Positions 19,180 through 30,104 of a DNA stretch of 64,000 nt are shown here, piece after piece. Numbering within the stretch: position 1 is the stretch's first letter; each line of letters starts with the position of its first letter. The position numbers and the translations under genes were made by a program. Below the pieces are notes generated by a model. It saw only the letters and a list, made by a program, of their open reading frames with translations. It did not search any database and was not told the DNA's origin. Source of the DNA: Thermoanaerobaculia bacterium (GTDB taxonomy: Bacteria; Acidobacteriota; Thermoanaerobaculia; Multivoradales; Multivoraceae); the NCBI GenBank assembly GCA_963666565.1, contig OY762911.1, positions 2,752,001 to 2,816,000 on the forward strand, given 5' to 3'.

Positions 19180-20361
19180 CTACGCCGTAGCCGACCGCGG
19201 CCGGTTCACCACCCGGTCGAGCGCGCCGCGCAGGTCGGCGACCAGGTCTTCCCCGTTCTCGATTCCGATCGAGAGCCGCAGGAGCCGGTCGCCGATGCCG
19301 GCCGCGGCCCTTGCCTCCGCCGTCATCGAGGCGTGGGACATGGTGGCCGGGTGGGAGATCAGGCTCTCGACGCCGCCAAGGGACTCGGCGAACGAGAAGC
19401 ACGTCAGGTTCGAGACCAGGTGGGCCACGTCGCCGGCGTCGCCCCGGAGGTCGAAGCTCGCCATGGCGCCGAAGCCGTCCTGCTGGCGCCTGGCGATCTC
19501 GTGGCCGGGATGGTCCGGCAGGCTCGGGTGGTAGACCCGTTCGACGGCCGGATGCTCGCGGAGCATCTCGACGACCGCCAGCGCGTTCTCCTCGTGGCAG
19601 CGCAGGCGGCTGTGCAGGGTGCGCAGCCCGCGCAGCGTCAGGTAGCTGTCGAAGGGAGCGCCGGCCACGCCCATCATGTTCGCCCACTCCTCGAAGAACT
19701 CGTGGAGTTCCGGCGTCGCGGCGACGACGGCGCCGCCGACCACGTCGCTGTGGCCGTTCAGGTACTTCGTCGTCGAGTGGATGACCGCGTCGGCCCCCCG
19801 TTCGATGGGCCGCTGAAACGCCGGCGACATGAACGTGTTGTCGGCCACGACCAGCGCGCCGGCCTGCTTCGCGTGTCGGCAGACGGCTTCCAGATCGGTG
19901 ATGCGAAGCAGCGGGTTGCTCGGCGTCTCGACCAGAACCAGCCTCGGTCCCGAGGCGAGAGCCGTCGCCGCGGCCTGCCGGTCCGTCAGGTCGGCGAACT
20001 CGACCTCCAGCAGGCCGCGCTGCCGGAGGCGGTCGAAGAGGCGGAACGTGCCGCCGTAGCAGTCGTGGGCGGCGACGATCCGGTCGCCGGGGTCGACCAG
20101 TTGGCAGACCAGGGTCACCGCCGCCATGCCGGAAGCGGTGACGACGGCGCCGTGGCCGCCCTCGGCCTCGGCCAGCGCTTCGGCGAGGGCGGATCGCGTC
20201 GGGTTGCCGGAGCGCGTGTAGTCGTACGGCCGCTTGCCGTCCAGGCCGGCGAACGTGAAGTTGGCCGAGAGATGCAGCGGCGGAACGACCGCTCCGTGGT
20301 GTTCGTCGGTAGCGAGCGCCGCGCGGACGGCGCGGGTTGCCGGGTCGTGGTTCTTTGTCAT
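19180..20361 (-). CDS. metB: Cystathionine gamma-synthase (O-acylhomoserine thiol-lyase)
   Basis: YDYTRSGNPTR, SGMAA, ETPSNP, DNTF, HSTTKYLNGHSDVVGG (PLP Lys), AESLGGVESLISHPATMSH; lies downstream of a SAM riboswitch. Confidence 0.9.
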   Translation of the reverse strand: MTKNHDPATRAVRAALATDEHHGAVVPPLHLSANFTFAGLDGKRPYDYTRSGNPTRSALAEALAEAEGGHGAVVTASGMAAVTLVCQLVDPGDRIVAAHDCYGGTFRLFDRLRQRGLLEVEFADLTDRQAAATALASGPRLVLVETPSNPLLRITDLEAVCRHAKQAGALVVADNTFMSPAFQRPIERGADAVIHSTTKYLNGHSDVVGGAVVAATPELHEFFEEWANMMGVAGAPFDSYLTLRGLRTLHSRLRCHEENALAVVEMLREHPAVERVYHPSLPDHPGHEIARRQQDGFGAMASFDLRGDAGDVAHLVSNLTCFSFAESLGGVESLISHPATMSHASMTAEARAAAGIGDRLLRLSIGIENGEDLVADLRGALDRVVNRPRSATA

Positions 20362-20477
20362 GTGAGTCTCCGGTCGAAAGGAGGTTGGGCGGTCCCGCTT
20401 GCGCGGAACGGGTTCAACGCTCTCCCGAGAAGACTTCTACGGAGAGTGACCGGAGGTGGCGTCGAAACCGCGTTCAT
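20358..20477 (-). CDS. Putative 39-aa leader ORF between the riboswitch and metB
   Basis: MNAVSTPPPVTLRRSLLGRALNPFRASGTAQPPFDRRLT; its TGA overlaps the metB ATG (ATGA). Confidence 0.4.
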   Translation of the reverse strand: MNAVSTPPPVTLRRSLLGRALNPFRASGTAQPPFDRRLT

Positions 20478-20486
20478 GCGGCTCTT

Positions 20487-20616
20487 GACTCATCTCTCGG
20501 CAAGCCCCGTCCGAGGACGGAACTCCCGTAGGAGTTGGCACCTTCCCCAGGGTTGCGAAGCCCCGGTGGTTGCCCCGGCGTCGACGGGCCTGTCCCTCAG
20601 CCGGTCTCGATGAGTT
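20487..20616 (-). promoter_or_regulatory. SAM-I (S-box) riboswitch
   Basis: Minus strand reads ACUCAUCGAGA..GAGGGACAGGCCCG..GA..CC..GGCAACC...AGGUGCCAACUCC...GAGAUGAGU, the S-box consensus with P1 ACUCAUC/GAUGAGU, upstream of metB. Confidence 0.92.
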
Positions 20617-20807
20617 GCTCCGGCCACGGGGAACCGCGCCGAAGCGGACGGATCGTAGCAGACGGTCGCGCGCCCGGCGGCGAAGCCGCCGGTGCTATGC
20701 TGATCGGCAGTTCCGTTGACCCTCTCCGGGCGACGCGTGTCGTCCTGGTTCGCTTTTCGGTAACGCCGCATCCCGCCGTCGGGATGGGCATTGAAGGGAG
20801 GTCCCTG

Positions 20808-23800
20808 ATGAGGAAGCTGGCTGGTTGGACTCGGGGGACTGCGGTCGGCGCGGTCGCGATCGTGTTCTGTGCGACGGGCGCCTGGGCGCAGGCGACCGGA
20901 CAGTTGAGCGGCTTCGTCACGGACAACGAAGGCGACGCCCTGCCGGGCGTCAGCGTCACGGTGACGAACGTCGCCACGAACCAGTCCCGGCTGGTGATGA
21001 CGGGACAGGACGGCTACTTCGCGGCGCCGCTGCTGGCGCCGGGCGACTACAACGTCACGGCTGCGCTCGATGGCTTCGTCCAGTTGAGCCGCGAAGGCGT
21101 CCGGGTCACGGCGGCGGAGACCGCGAGGATCGCCATGGCGCTCACGGTCGGCGAGTTCTCGGAGACGATGACGGTCACCGGCGAGACGCCCCTGATCGAG
21201 ACATCGAACGCCACCCTGGGCGTGGTCGTCGACGAGGTGCAGATCGTCCAATTGCCGCTCAACGGCCGGAACTTCACCCAGCTGGGCACTCTCATCCCGG
21301 GCGTGGTCGAGCCGCCCGCCCGTCTCGGCGGCGCGCGCGGCGACGCCGACGCCGCCATTCACGGCTTCGGCGCCGCGACCGCGGGCTTCAGCGTCAACGG
21401 CGTGCGCAACCAGTCGAACAACTTCCTGCTCGACGGCGCCGCCAACAACGACACGTTCAACACCGGCTTCGTCGTGCGGCCGCCTCCGGACGCGATCGAG
21501 GAGTTCAAGATCCTGACCCACTCCTACACCGCGGAGTTCGGCCGCAATGCCGGCTCGATCGTCAACGTGGTGACGAAGTCGGGCGGCAACAGCCTGCAGG
21601 GGAGCATCTGGGAGTTCAACCGCGACGATTCGCTGGAGTCCCGGAACTACTTCTCGCCGCCCGACCAGGAGAAGCCGACGCTCGCGCAGGATCAGTTCGG
21701 CGGGACGATCGGCGGCCCGATGATCACCGACCGGCTGTTCGGCTTCGGCTACTACGAGGGCTTCCGCAACACCCGCGGCACGACCCAGAACATCGCGGTG
21801 ATGTCCGCCGCCGAGCGGATGGGCGACTTCTCGGGCGGCGGCACGATCGTCGACCCGATGACCGGCGAGCCCTTCCCGGGCAACGTGATTCCGTCCGACC
21901 GCCTGAGCCCGATAGCGAGCAGGTTGATCGACGAGTTCATGCCGCTCCCGAACGTGGGCGGCCGCTACATCGCGTCGCCCGACGTGACGGACGACCGCGA
22001 CCAGTTCGGGCTGCGCCTGGACTACCGGATCACGGACTCGCAGAACGTGCTGGCGCGCGCTCTCAGAAGCGCGTCCGACCGCTTCGAGCCGCCGACGGTG
22101 CGGCCGATCGGCAACACGGCGGCGTCCACGCTCGAGGACTACATGCTCTCCCACACGGCCACGTTCGGATCGAACGTCTTCAACCAGGTGCGGTACCTGA
22201 GCAGCGCGATCGACGCGGAGCCGGTGGTCACCAGCGGGCTCACCAACTCCGAGTACGGCATCAACCTGCCGAACATCAACGACCTGGCGGTCGGCCTGCC
22301 GCAGTTCTCGATCTCGGGCTTCCCGAGCATGGGCGACCGCAACCAGCCGTTCGTCAAGCGGGAGAACGAAGTCGAGCAGTTCACGGAGGATCTCACCGTT
22401 CTGCGCGGCCGCCACACGATCAAGGCGGGAATCGACTACCGGAACGAGAAGATGTTCATCGGCTTCATCAACCGGCCGAACGGCGACTTCGTGTTCCGGG
22501 GCACCCACACCGGCAGTGCCGCGGCCGACTTCCTGCTGGGGCTGCCCTCGCTCTTCCGCACCGCGGTGCCGGGCGCCGACTCGATCAACGAGGGCGACGG
22601 CTCGCTGTACGCCGCGTACATCCAGGACGAGTTCCGGATCTCGCCGCGGCTGACGTTGAATCTCGGTCTCCGGTACGAGGTGGCCGAGCCCTTCGAGGAT
22701 ACGGGCGATGCGCTGAACAGCTTCCGGCCGGGTCAGCAGTCGACGCGATTCCCCGACGCGCCCACCGGCCTGGTCTATCCGGGAGATGCGGGAGTGCCGG
22801 CGGGGACCTACGACACGGACTCGAACAACTTCGCGCCGCGGCTCGCGATGGTATGGGACCCCGAAGGCGATGGCCGGTCCAGCCTTCGCCTCGGCTGGGG
22901 CCTGTTCCACGACAGCCTGCCGGGCCAGGGCGACTTCTTCCAGAACTCGGTTCTGGCGCCGCCCTTCAACCCGCTGGTCCAGCTCAACGCGCCGCCCACG
23001 GCGATGACGCTTGCCGATCCGCTCGCCAACCTGACGGGCGGGCCGACCAGGTTCCCGCCGGGGATCATCTTCATCGGCTGGGGCAGCGAGTTCACGACGC
23101 CGAACTACCAGCACTACAACCTGACCTACCAGCGTCAGCTCGGCCAGAACATCGGGCTCGAGGTCGGTTGGGTCGGCTCGCGCGGCCGCAACCTGCCGAT
23201 CTTCATGGAGGTCAACCCGCGGGTCGTCGAGCCCGGCCAGACCACGCTGGGGCCGCGCCTGTACCCGGCCTTCAGCCTCGTGCGGCCGACCTTCACGGTG
23301 GCGAAGTCCTGGTACGACGCGTTCCAGGCCAGCGTCCGCATGCGGCCGACGCGCGGGCTCAACTTCCTCTTCTCGTACACCTACGGCGAGGCGGAAGATC
23401 ACGTCTCCGGCCTCAACATCGGCGGCGAGGAGCGGCCGATCGTTCCGGTCGACCTGGCGCGGTTGAGTTCCATCGACAAGGCGCTCGAGCGGGAGCGCGG
23501 TCCGGCGCTCTTCGATGTGGAGCACAGGCTCGTGCTCAGCTTCGGCTACGACCTGCCTTCGCTCGAAGGGCGGAGCGGGTTCGTGCGCGGGGTGTTCGGC
23601 AACTGGCAGTTGAACGGCATCCTGCAGTACCAGACGGGCTATCCGTTCCCGATCCGGGTTCGCGGCGACGACATCCGCGGCCTGACGTCGCGGCCGGACC
23701 AGGTCTGCGACCCGAACAGCGGCGCGCCGAAGACGGTCGAGCAGTGGTTCAACACGGAGTGCTTCGTGTTTCGGACTCTGGCGGAGACCGCCGAGCGGCG

Positions 23801-24047
23801 CGGCAACGCAGGCCGCAACCCGATTCGCGGTCCGGACTTCGAACGGATCGACCTGTCGCTGATCAAGCACATTCCGCTTGGCGGCGGCGACCGCTCGCTG
23901 CAACTCCGGGTCGAGGCGTTCAATGTCTTCGACCGGGTCAACTTCGCCCAGCCGGGCAACCGGATCGGCGACCGCAACTACGGAGTCATCACGGCGACGA
24001 ACGGCGACGGCCGGATCGTGCAGCTCGGAGTCAAGTACAGCTTCTGA
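20808..24047 (+). CDS. TonB-dependent receptor, Oar-like, with carboxypeptidase-regulatory-like N-domain
   Basis: GGGAGG RBS; signal peptide; LPLNGRNFTQL..LIPGV, DAIEEFKI, KSGGN, NNFAPR, terminal QLGVKYSF. Confidence 0.92.
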   Translation: MRKLAGWTRGTAVGAVAIVFCATGAWAQATGQLSGFVTDNEGDALPGVSVTVTNVATNQSRLVMTGQDGYFAAPLLAPGDYNVTAALDGFVQLSREGVRVTAAETARIAMALTVGEFSETMTVTGETPLIETSNATLGVVVDEVQIVQLPLNGRNFTQLGTLIPGVVEPPARLGGARGDADAAIHGFGAATAGFSVNGVRNQSNNFLLDGAANNDTFNTGFVVRPPPDAIEEFKILTHSYTAEFGRNAGSIVNVVTKSGGNSLQGSIWEFNRDDSLESRNYFSPPDQEKPTLAQDQFGGTIGGPMITDRLFGFGYYEGFRNTRGTTQNIAVMSAAERMGDFSGGGTIVDPMTGEPFPGNVIPSDRLSPIASRLIDEFMPLPNVGGRYIASPDVTDDRDQFGLRLDYRITDSQNVLARALRSASDRFEPPTVRPIGNTAASTLEDYMLSHTATFGSNVFNQVRYLSSAIDAEPVVTSGLTNSEYGINLPNINDLAVGLPQFSISGFPSMGDRNQPFVKRENEVEQFTEDLTVLRGRHTIKAGIDYRNEKMFIGFINRPNGDFVFRGTHTGSAAADFLLGLPSLFRTAVPGADSINEGDGSLYAAYIQDEFRISPRLTLNLGLRYEVAEPFEDTGDALNSFRPGQQSTRFPDAPTGLVYPGDAGVPAGTYDTDSNNFAPRLAMVWDPEGDGRSSLRLGWGLFHDSLPGQGDFFQNSVLAPPFNPLVQLNAPPTAMTLADPLANLTGGPTRFPPGIIFIGWGSEFTTPNYQHYNLTYQRQLGQNIGLEVGWVGSRGRNLPIFMEVNPRVVEPGQTTLGPRLYPAFSLVRPTFTVAKSWYDAFQASVRMRPTRGLNFLFSYTYGEAEDHVSGLNIGGEERPIVPVDLARLSSIDKALERERGPALFDVEHRLVLSFGYDLPSLEGRSGFVRGVFGNWQLNGILQYQTGYPFPIRVRGDDIRGLTSRPDQVCDPNSGAPKTVEQWFNTECFVFRTLAETAERRGNAGRNPIRGPDFERIDLSLIKHIPLGGGDRSLQLRVEAFNVFDRVNFAQPGNRIGDRNYGVITATNGDGRIVQLGVKYSF

Positions 24048-24089
24048 CGAGTTGCTGTCGGGCCGGCGGTGGCCGCCGTGAGCTTGGGT

Positions 24090-24374
24090 TCAGTCCGTTC
24101 CGGCTGCCCCTTGCCGGTGCACGAACCAGAGGTTGCGGGAGTAGACGAGGATGCCGAAGCTCTGGCCCAGGATGAAGACCGGATCCTGCCGCCACACGGC
24201 GTAGGTGAAGAGAATCAGGCCGCCGCCCAGGCTCAGGTACCAGAACGCGGTTGGAACGACGCTCTGGCGGTGCCGTTCCGTGGCGATCCACTGGACGAGG
24301 AAGCGGCAGGCGAAGAGGGCCTGTCCGCCAAGCCCGAGGGCTATCCAGAGGTGTTCGGGCGCGATTGCTGGCAT
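24090..24374 (-). CDS. Lipid-A-disaccharide synthase N-terminal (LAB_N) domain membrane protein
   Basis: GLGGQALFACRFLVQWIATE..RQSVVPTAFWYLSLGGG..L..YA..RQDPVFILGQ..G..VYSRNL. Confidence 0.88.
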   Translation of the reverse strand: MPAIAPEHLWIALGLGGQALFACRFLVQWIATERHRQSVVPTAFWYLSLGGGLILFTYAVWRQDPVFILGQSFGILVYSRNLWFVHRQGAAGTD

Positions 24375-25093
24375 GGTGGGCTCTCCAGGGCATGGGCGGT
24401 GGTGAGGACGGAGCGGCGGCGATACCAGGAGACGCCGAGCAGGTCGAGGACTCCGCGCAGAAAGCGGCCACGGATGTTGTACTTGCTCGTGCCGTGCTTG
24501 CGGGGCCGGTGTCCGACGGGGATCTCCGCATACGCGCCGCCGTGTCTCAGCGCCAGGACCGGCAGGAAACGGTGAAGCCCGTCGAAGGGCGGCAGGTCGT
24601 CGAGGGCGGCGGTTCGGTAGCCCTTGAGCGCGCAGCCGATGTCGGTGCAGGGGTCGCCGAGGACGAGCCGCCGGACGCGGTTCGAGATGCGGCTCGCAAG
24701 CCGTCGCAAGAGCGTGTCGATGCGTTTCGCGCGAACGCCCGAGACGACGTCGTGGTCGTCGAGCAGGGCGACGATGGCCGGAATGTCGGCGGGTTCGTTC
24801 TGCAAGTCGGCGTCCATGGTGACGACCAGGGGCGCCTGGGCGGCGCGGATCCCGGCCAGCAACGCGGCCGACTGGCCGGAGTGGCGTTCGAGACTCAGAG
24901 CGCGCACGGTGGCGTCGCTTGCCGCCAGGGCGGCGAGTTCCTCGCGGCTGCCGTCCGTGCTGCGGTCGTCGACGAGGATGAACTCGTACCTGAAACCGGC
25001 GGCGGCCATCGCCGCGGCGGTCTCGGCGGCCAGTCGTTCCAGGTTGCCCGCCTCGTTGTACACCGGGGCGACGATCGAAAGCTGCGGCGGCAT
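24341..25093 (-). CDS. GT2 polyprenol-phosphate glycosyltransferase (DPM1/ArnC-like)
   Basis: SIVAPVYNE, VDDRSTDGS, GQSAAL, TMDADLQN, GLHRFLP, HRPRKHGTSKY. Confidence 0.9.
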   Translation of the reverse strand: MPPQLSIVAPVYNEAGNLERLAAETAAAMAAAGFRYEFILVDDRSTDGSREELAALAASDATVRALSLERHSGQSAALLAGIRAAQAPLVVTMDADLQNEPADIPAIVALLDDHDVVSGVRAKRIDTLLRRLASRISNRVRRLVLGDPCTDIGCALKGYRTAALDDLPPFDGLHRFLPVLALRHGGAYAEIPVGHRPRKHGTSKYNIRGRFLRGVLDLLGVSWYRRRSVLTTAHALESPPCQQSRPNTSG

Positions 25094-25139
25094 GACGGGC
25101 TGTTCGGTCCTCGGGGCTTGCGCCGTGGAACGCTACGGC

Positions 25140-25814
25140 GTGAGTCTACGGCGCAAGCTCCCGGGTGAGGACGGCGTTGATACCCTCGCCCCCGTGCTGC
25201 TCATCGTGCGCCACGGCGAGACCGCCGCGAATGCCGCCCGGATCGTCCAGGTGCCGGAAACGCCGCTCAACGAGCGCGGGACGGCGCAGGCGGAGCGGCT
25301 GGCGGGCCGGCTGGCAAGGCACCATCGGCAGCGCCCGATCGGCTGTGTCGTCGCCAGCGACCTGCGCCGGGCGGAGATGACGGCGGCGCCGGTGGCCGTG
25401 GCAGTCGGACTGCCCGTGCTCGTCGAGCCGCTGCTCGCCGAGCGCAACTTCGGCGACCTGCGCGGACGGGCCTACGCCGACATCGGCCTCGACATCATGG
25501 CGCCCGGCTACTCGCCTCCGGGCGGTGAGGACTGGGATGCGTTCCACCTCCGGGTGGACGAGGCCTGGGCCAGGATCCGGCAACTGGCGGAGGAGACGGC
25601 GGGCGACAGCGTCTTCGTTACCCACGGCCTGGTCTGCCATTCGCTGGCTCACCGACACCTGCGCCTCGGCGACGGCATCGAGCCGCCGGCCCGTTGGGGC
25701 AACACCTCCGTCACGCAGGTGGAGAGCCGGTCGCCCTGGACGGCGACGCTCGTCAACTGTTGCGAGCACCTCGATGCCGCCACCGCGGACGGCGGCCGGA
25801 TGTCCGGCATCTGA
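25140..25814 (+). CDS. Histidine phosphatase (phosphoglycerate mutase family); start uncertain
   Basis: VRHGET, SDLRRA..TA, LAERNFG, PGGE, VTHG. Confidence 0.85.
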   Translation: MSLRRKLPGEDGVDTLAPVLLIVRHGETAANAARIVQVPETPLNERGTAQAERLAGRLARHHRQRPIGCVVASDLRRAEMTAAPVAVAVGLPVLVEPLLAERNFGDLRGRAYADIGLDIMAPGYSPPGGEDWDAFHLRVDEAWARIRQLAEETAGDSVFVTHGLVCHSLAHRHLRLGDGIEPPARWGNTSVTQVESRSPWTATLVNCCEHLDAATADGGRMSGI

Positions 25815-25956
25815 CCCGGCGCGGGGCCGGCCCGCGCTCTCGGGGCGTGGCGGACGGCTCGGATAAAGTCCGGAAGTCCCCGCGGGTCTGCGGGAAGAAC
25901 CCGGGCGGCGTCCGGGTTGTGAGACTTCAGGGAAACGCCCCTGCGGATCGACCGAG

Positions 25957-27024
<1,068 letters not shown>

Positions 27025-27043
27025 AACCGCGCCAGGGGAGCAG

Positions 27044-27976
27044 ATGTTCTTCGCGAGAAGAGAACGGAGCGAGGCCCCCGAGCAGGAGACGGCGACCCTG
27101 TCGCCCGAACTGCTGGCGCGGATCAAGGCCATCCAGATCCGCACCCAGCGCCTGGTGACCGACGCGCTGGCCGGCGAGTACCACAGCGCCTTCAAGGGAC
27201 GCGGCATGGAGTTCGAGCAGGTGCGCGAGTACGCGCCCGGCGACGACATCCGCCACATCGACTGGAACGTAACGGCGCGCATGTCGAGCCCCTTCGTCAA
27301 GGAGCACCGCGAGGAGCGCGAACTGACGGTGATGCTGATCGTCGACGTGAGTTCCTCGGGCGCGTTCGGCACTTCGGGCAAGCAGAAGCGGGAAGTCGTC
27401 GCCGAACTGGCCGCGGTGCTCGCCTACCTCGCGATCCAGAACAACGACCGAGTGGGGACGATCGTCTTCTCCGACCGGATCGAGCGGTTCATTCCCCCGA
27501 AGAAGGGGCGCGCGCACGTCTGGCGCGTCATCCGGGAAGTGCTGAGCTTCCGGCCGGCGGGGCGCGGCACGGACCTGGACGGCGCGCTCGACTACCTGGG
27601 CCGGGTCGTGCGGCGCCGGTCGGTGGGGTTCGTCATCTCGGACTTCCTGGACACGGGCTTCGCGGAGCGCCTGCGGGTGGCGGCGCGGCGTCACGACCTG
27701 ACGGCCATCCGCGTACTCGACCGGCGGGAGGCCGGCCTGCCACGGATGGGGCTCGTCGAGCTCGAGGACGCGGAGACCGGGCGGACGGCGGTGATCGACA
27801 CGGCGAACCGGCGGGTCTCGGAGAGTTTCGCCCGGCTGGCCCGGGAGGATATGGAGCGCCGCACGGAGCAGTTTCGCCAGGCCGGCGTGGGCGAGATCCG
27901 GGTCTGGGCCGACCGGCCGTGGATCGAGCCCCTGGTGCGGTACATGAGGGCGCGCGAGCAGTCGGTGCGGGTGTAG
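27044..27976 (+). CDS. DUF58 protein (vWA-like)
   Basis: GRGMEFEQVREYAPGDDIRHIDWNVTAR, EEREL, VISDF. Confidence 0.93.
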   Translation: MFFARRERSEAPEQETATLSPELLARIKAIQIRTQRLVTDALAGEYHSAFKGRGMEFEQVREYAPGDDIRHIDWNVTARMSSPFVKEHREERELTVMLIVDVSSSGAFGTSGKQKREVVAELAAVLAYLAIQNNDRVGTIVFSDRIERFIPPKKGRAHVWRVIREVLSFRPAGRGTDLDGALDYLGRVVRRRSVGFVISDFLDTGFAERLRVAARRHDLTAIRVLDRREAGLPRMGLVELEDAETGRTAVIDTANRRVSESFARLAREDMERRTEQFRQAGVGEIRVWADRPWIEPLVRYMRAREQSVRV

Positions 27977-27978
27977 GG

Positions 27979-29031
27979 ATGTCGCGTCGGAGCATCGGGC
28001 CCGGGGTCGTCGCGGCGCTTGCCGCTGCGACCCTCGTTCTGGGCTGCGCCGCCGGCCAGCCGCCCGGCGAGGCCGAAGCGGGGCCGCCGGCCGAACTCCG
28101 GGCCTCGGTCGACCGCGCCGTCGCCACCACGGGCGACCTGATCGTCTACACCGTGGAAGTCGAGCGCCACCCGGAGGTGGAAGTGGCGCTGAACGAGCCG
28201 GGCACCGACATCGCCGGCTTCCGCATCGTCGATCTCGGCCGGGCGCCCGCCGAGACCCTGCCTTCCGGCCGGATCCTCGAACGGCGCTGGTACGAGCTCC
28301 GGGCCGACCTCGTCGGCGCCTACGTCCTGCCGTCGCCGACGGCGACGTACGCCGGGCCGTCCGGCGACGGCGGCGACCTGGAGGCGGCGGAGATCTCCGT
28401 CGAGGTCGAGTCCGTTCTGCCGGGCGACGGCAGCGAAGCGACGGACATTCGCGACATCAAGCCGCTCCGCCGACTCGACGCCGCCGCGTCGTGGCTGCTG
28501 TGGACGGGCCTGGCGCTGGCCGTCGCGCTCGTGGCGCTGGCGGCGTGGTGGTGGCGGCGCCGTCGCCGGCAGGATGGCGGCGCGCCGGAAGCGCCGCAGA
28601 TCCCGCCCTGGGACCTGGCGATCCGGGAGCTGGAGCGGTTGCGCCGCACGGATTTCTCCAACCTGCGGGAGCTCCGGCGCTACTACTTCGCCGTGTCGTC
28701 CGTGGTCAGGGCCTACGTCGAGGGCCGCTTCGGGCTGAACGCGACCGACCTGACGACGGAGGAGATCCTGGGCCGTCTGGGAGAGGTGGCGCGGCTCGAG
28801 CCGCCGCAGGCGAAGCGTCTGCAGCGGTTCCTCGTCGCTACCGACCGGGTCAAGTTCGCGGCCCACCTGCCGGCTTCCGAGGAGATCGAACGCACGTACG
28901 AGCAGGCCCTGGGCTTCGTCGAGGCGACCCGGCCCCGGGATGACGCGGAGGACGCGGAAGGAGAAGGCGAGAACGCGGAAGGCGGCGACGGTCCGGCGGC
29001 CGCCGCCGGCCGGACGGGGAAGGCGGCATGA
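27979..29031 (+). CDS. Bat-operon membrane protein (BatD-like N-domain, single TM)
   Basis: Lipobox-like LVLGC, DIRDIKP before a TM helix, YVEGRFGL.A.DLTTEE, DRVKFA. Confidence 0.75.
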   Translation: MSRRSIGPGVVAALAAATLVLGCAAGQPPGEAEAGPPAELRASVDRAVATTGDLIVYTVEVERHPEVEVALNEPGTDIAGFRIVDLGRAPAETLPSGRILERRWYELRADLVGAYVLPSPTATYAGPSGDGGDLEAAEISVEVESVLPGDGSEATDIRDIKPLRRLDAAASWLLWTGLALAVALVALAAWWWRRRRRQDGGAPEAPQIPPWDLAIRELERLRRTDFSNLRELRRYYFAVSSVVRAYVEGRFGLNATDLTTEEILGRLGEVARLEPPQAKRLQRFLVATDRVKFAAHLPASEEIERTYEQALGFVEATRPRDDAEDAEGEGENAEGGDGPAAAAGRTGKAA

Positions 29032-30104
29032 CGGAACAGCTCGTCTTCGCCGACGCGCGCTGGCTCTGGGCGCTGCTGCCGCTGTACGCGGTCTGGGCGC
29101 TCCTGTGGTGGCTGGGGCCGCGCCTGCGCCGGTTCGTCACGGCGCGGCGGGGCGCCCGCGACGAGCGGGCCGGCGGCGACGCGGCGGCGGTGGCCTACTC
29201 CTCGCTCGCCCATGTCTTGCGGACCCCGCGCTCCGGCGCGCTGACGGCGCGGCGGGTGATCTCGGCCCTGCGGCTCGTCGTCGTCGCCCTCGTCCTGCTC
29301 GCCGCGATGCGGCCGCAGACCGGGCGCGCGTTGACCGAGGTGACCACCGAAGGCATCGACATCGTGCTCGTGATCGACACGTCCGGCTCGATGCGCGCGC
29401 TCGACCTGGACGCGCACGAGCGCTCGCTGAGCCGGCGGCGGGACCGGCTGGAGGTTGCGAAGGGCGTCGTCGAGACGTTCATCGCCGCCCGGCCCAACGA
29501 TCGCATCGGCCTGGTCGTGTTCGGCGAGGAGGCCTTCACCCAGTGTCCGCTGACGCTCGATCACGGGGTCGCGGCCACCTTCCTCGATCAACTGGAGATC
29601 GGCATGGCGGGCGATGCCACGGCGATCGGATCGGCGGTCGGCGTCGCCGCCAAGCGCCTGAAGGACTCGGACGCCGAGTCGAAGGTGGCGATCCTGCTGA
29701 CGGACGGCCGGAGCAACGCCGGCGCCCTCTCGCCGTTGCGCGCGGCGGAAGCGGCGGCGGCGCTGGGGGTCAGGCTCTACGCGATCGGCGTCGGCACGCG
29801 GGGCCAGGCGCCCTTCGTGGTGGAGTCCGCGTTCGGTCCGCGCGTCGTCTACCAGGACGTGGAGATCGACGAGGAGGCGCTGCGCCGGATGGCGGACGTC
29901 ACGGGCGGCGCCTACTACCGCGCCGAGGACGAGGCGGGCCTGGAGCAGATCTACGAGCGGATCGACGAGCTCGAGAAGACGGAGATCAGCCAGGAGTCCT
30001 ACATGGAGTACGAGGAGCGGTTCGCCTGGCTGGTGGCGCCGGCCGTGTTGCTGCTGCTGCTCGAGGTCGTGCTGCTCGATACCCGCCTGAGGAAGCTGCC
30101 GTGA
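29028..30104 (+). CDS. batA: BatA vWA-domain protein
   Basis: EGIDIVLVIDTSGSM (MIDAS), DRIGLVVF, PLTLDH, TAIG, LLTDG, TGGAYYRA. Confidence 0.9.
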   Translation: MTEQLVFADARWLWALLPLYAVWALLWWLGPRLRRFVTARRGARDERAGGDAAAVAYSSLAHVLRTPRSGALTARRVISALRLVVVALVLLAAMRPQTGRALTEVTTEGIDIVLVIDTSGSMRALDLDAHERSLSRRRDRLEVAKGVVETFIAARPNDRIGLVVFGEEAFTQCPLTLDHGVAATFLDQLEIGMAGDATAIGSAVGVAAKRLKDSDAESKVAILLTDGRSNAGALSPLRAAEAAAALGVRLYAIGVGTRGQAPFVVESAFGPRVVYQDVEIDEEALRRMADVTGGAYYRAEDEAGLEQIYERIDELEKTEISQESYMEYEERFAWLVAPAVLLLLLEVVLLDTRLRKLP

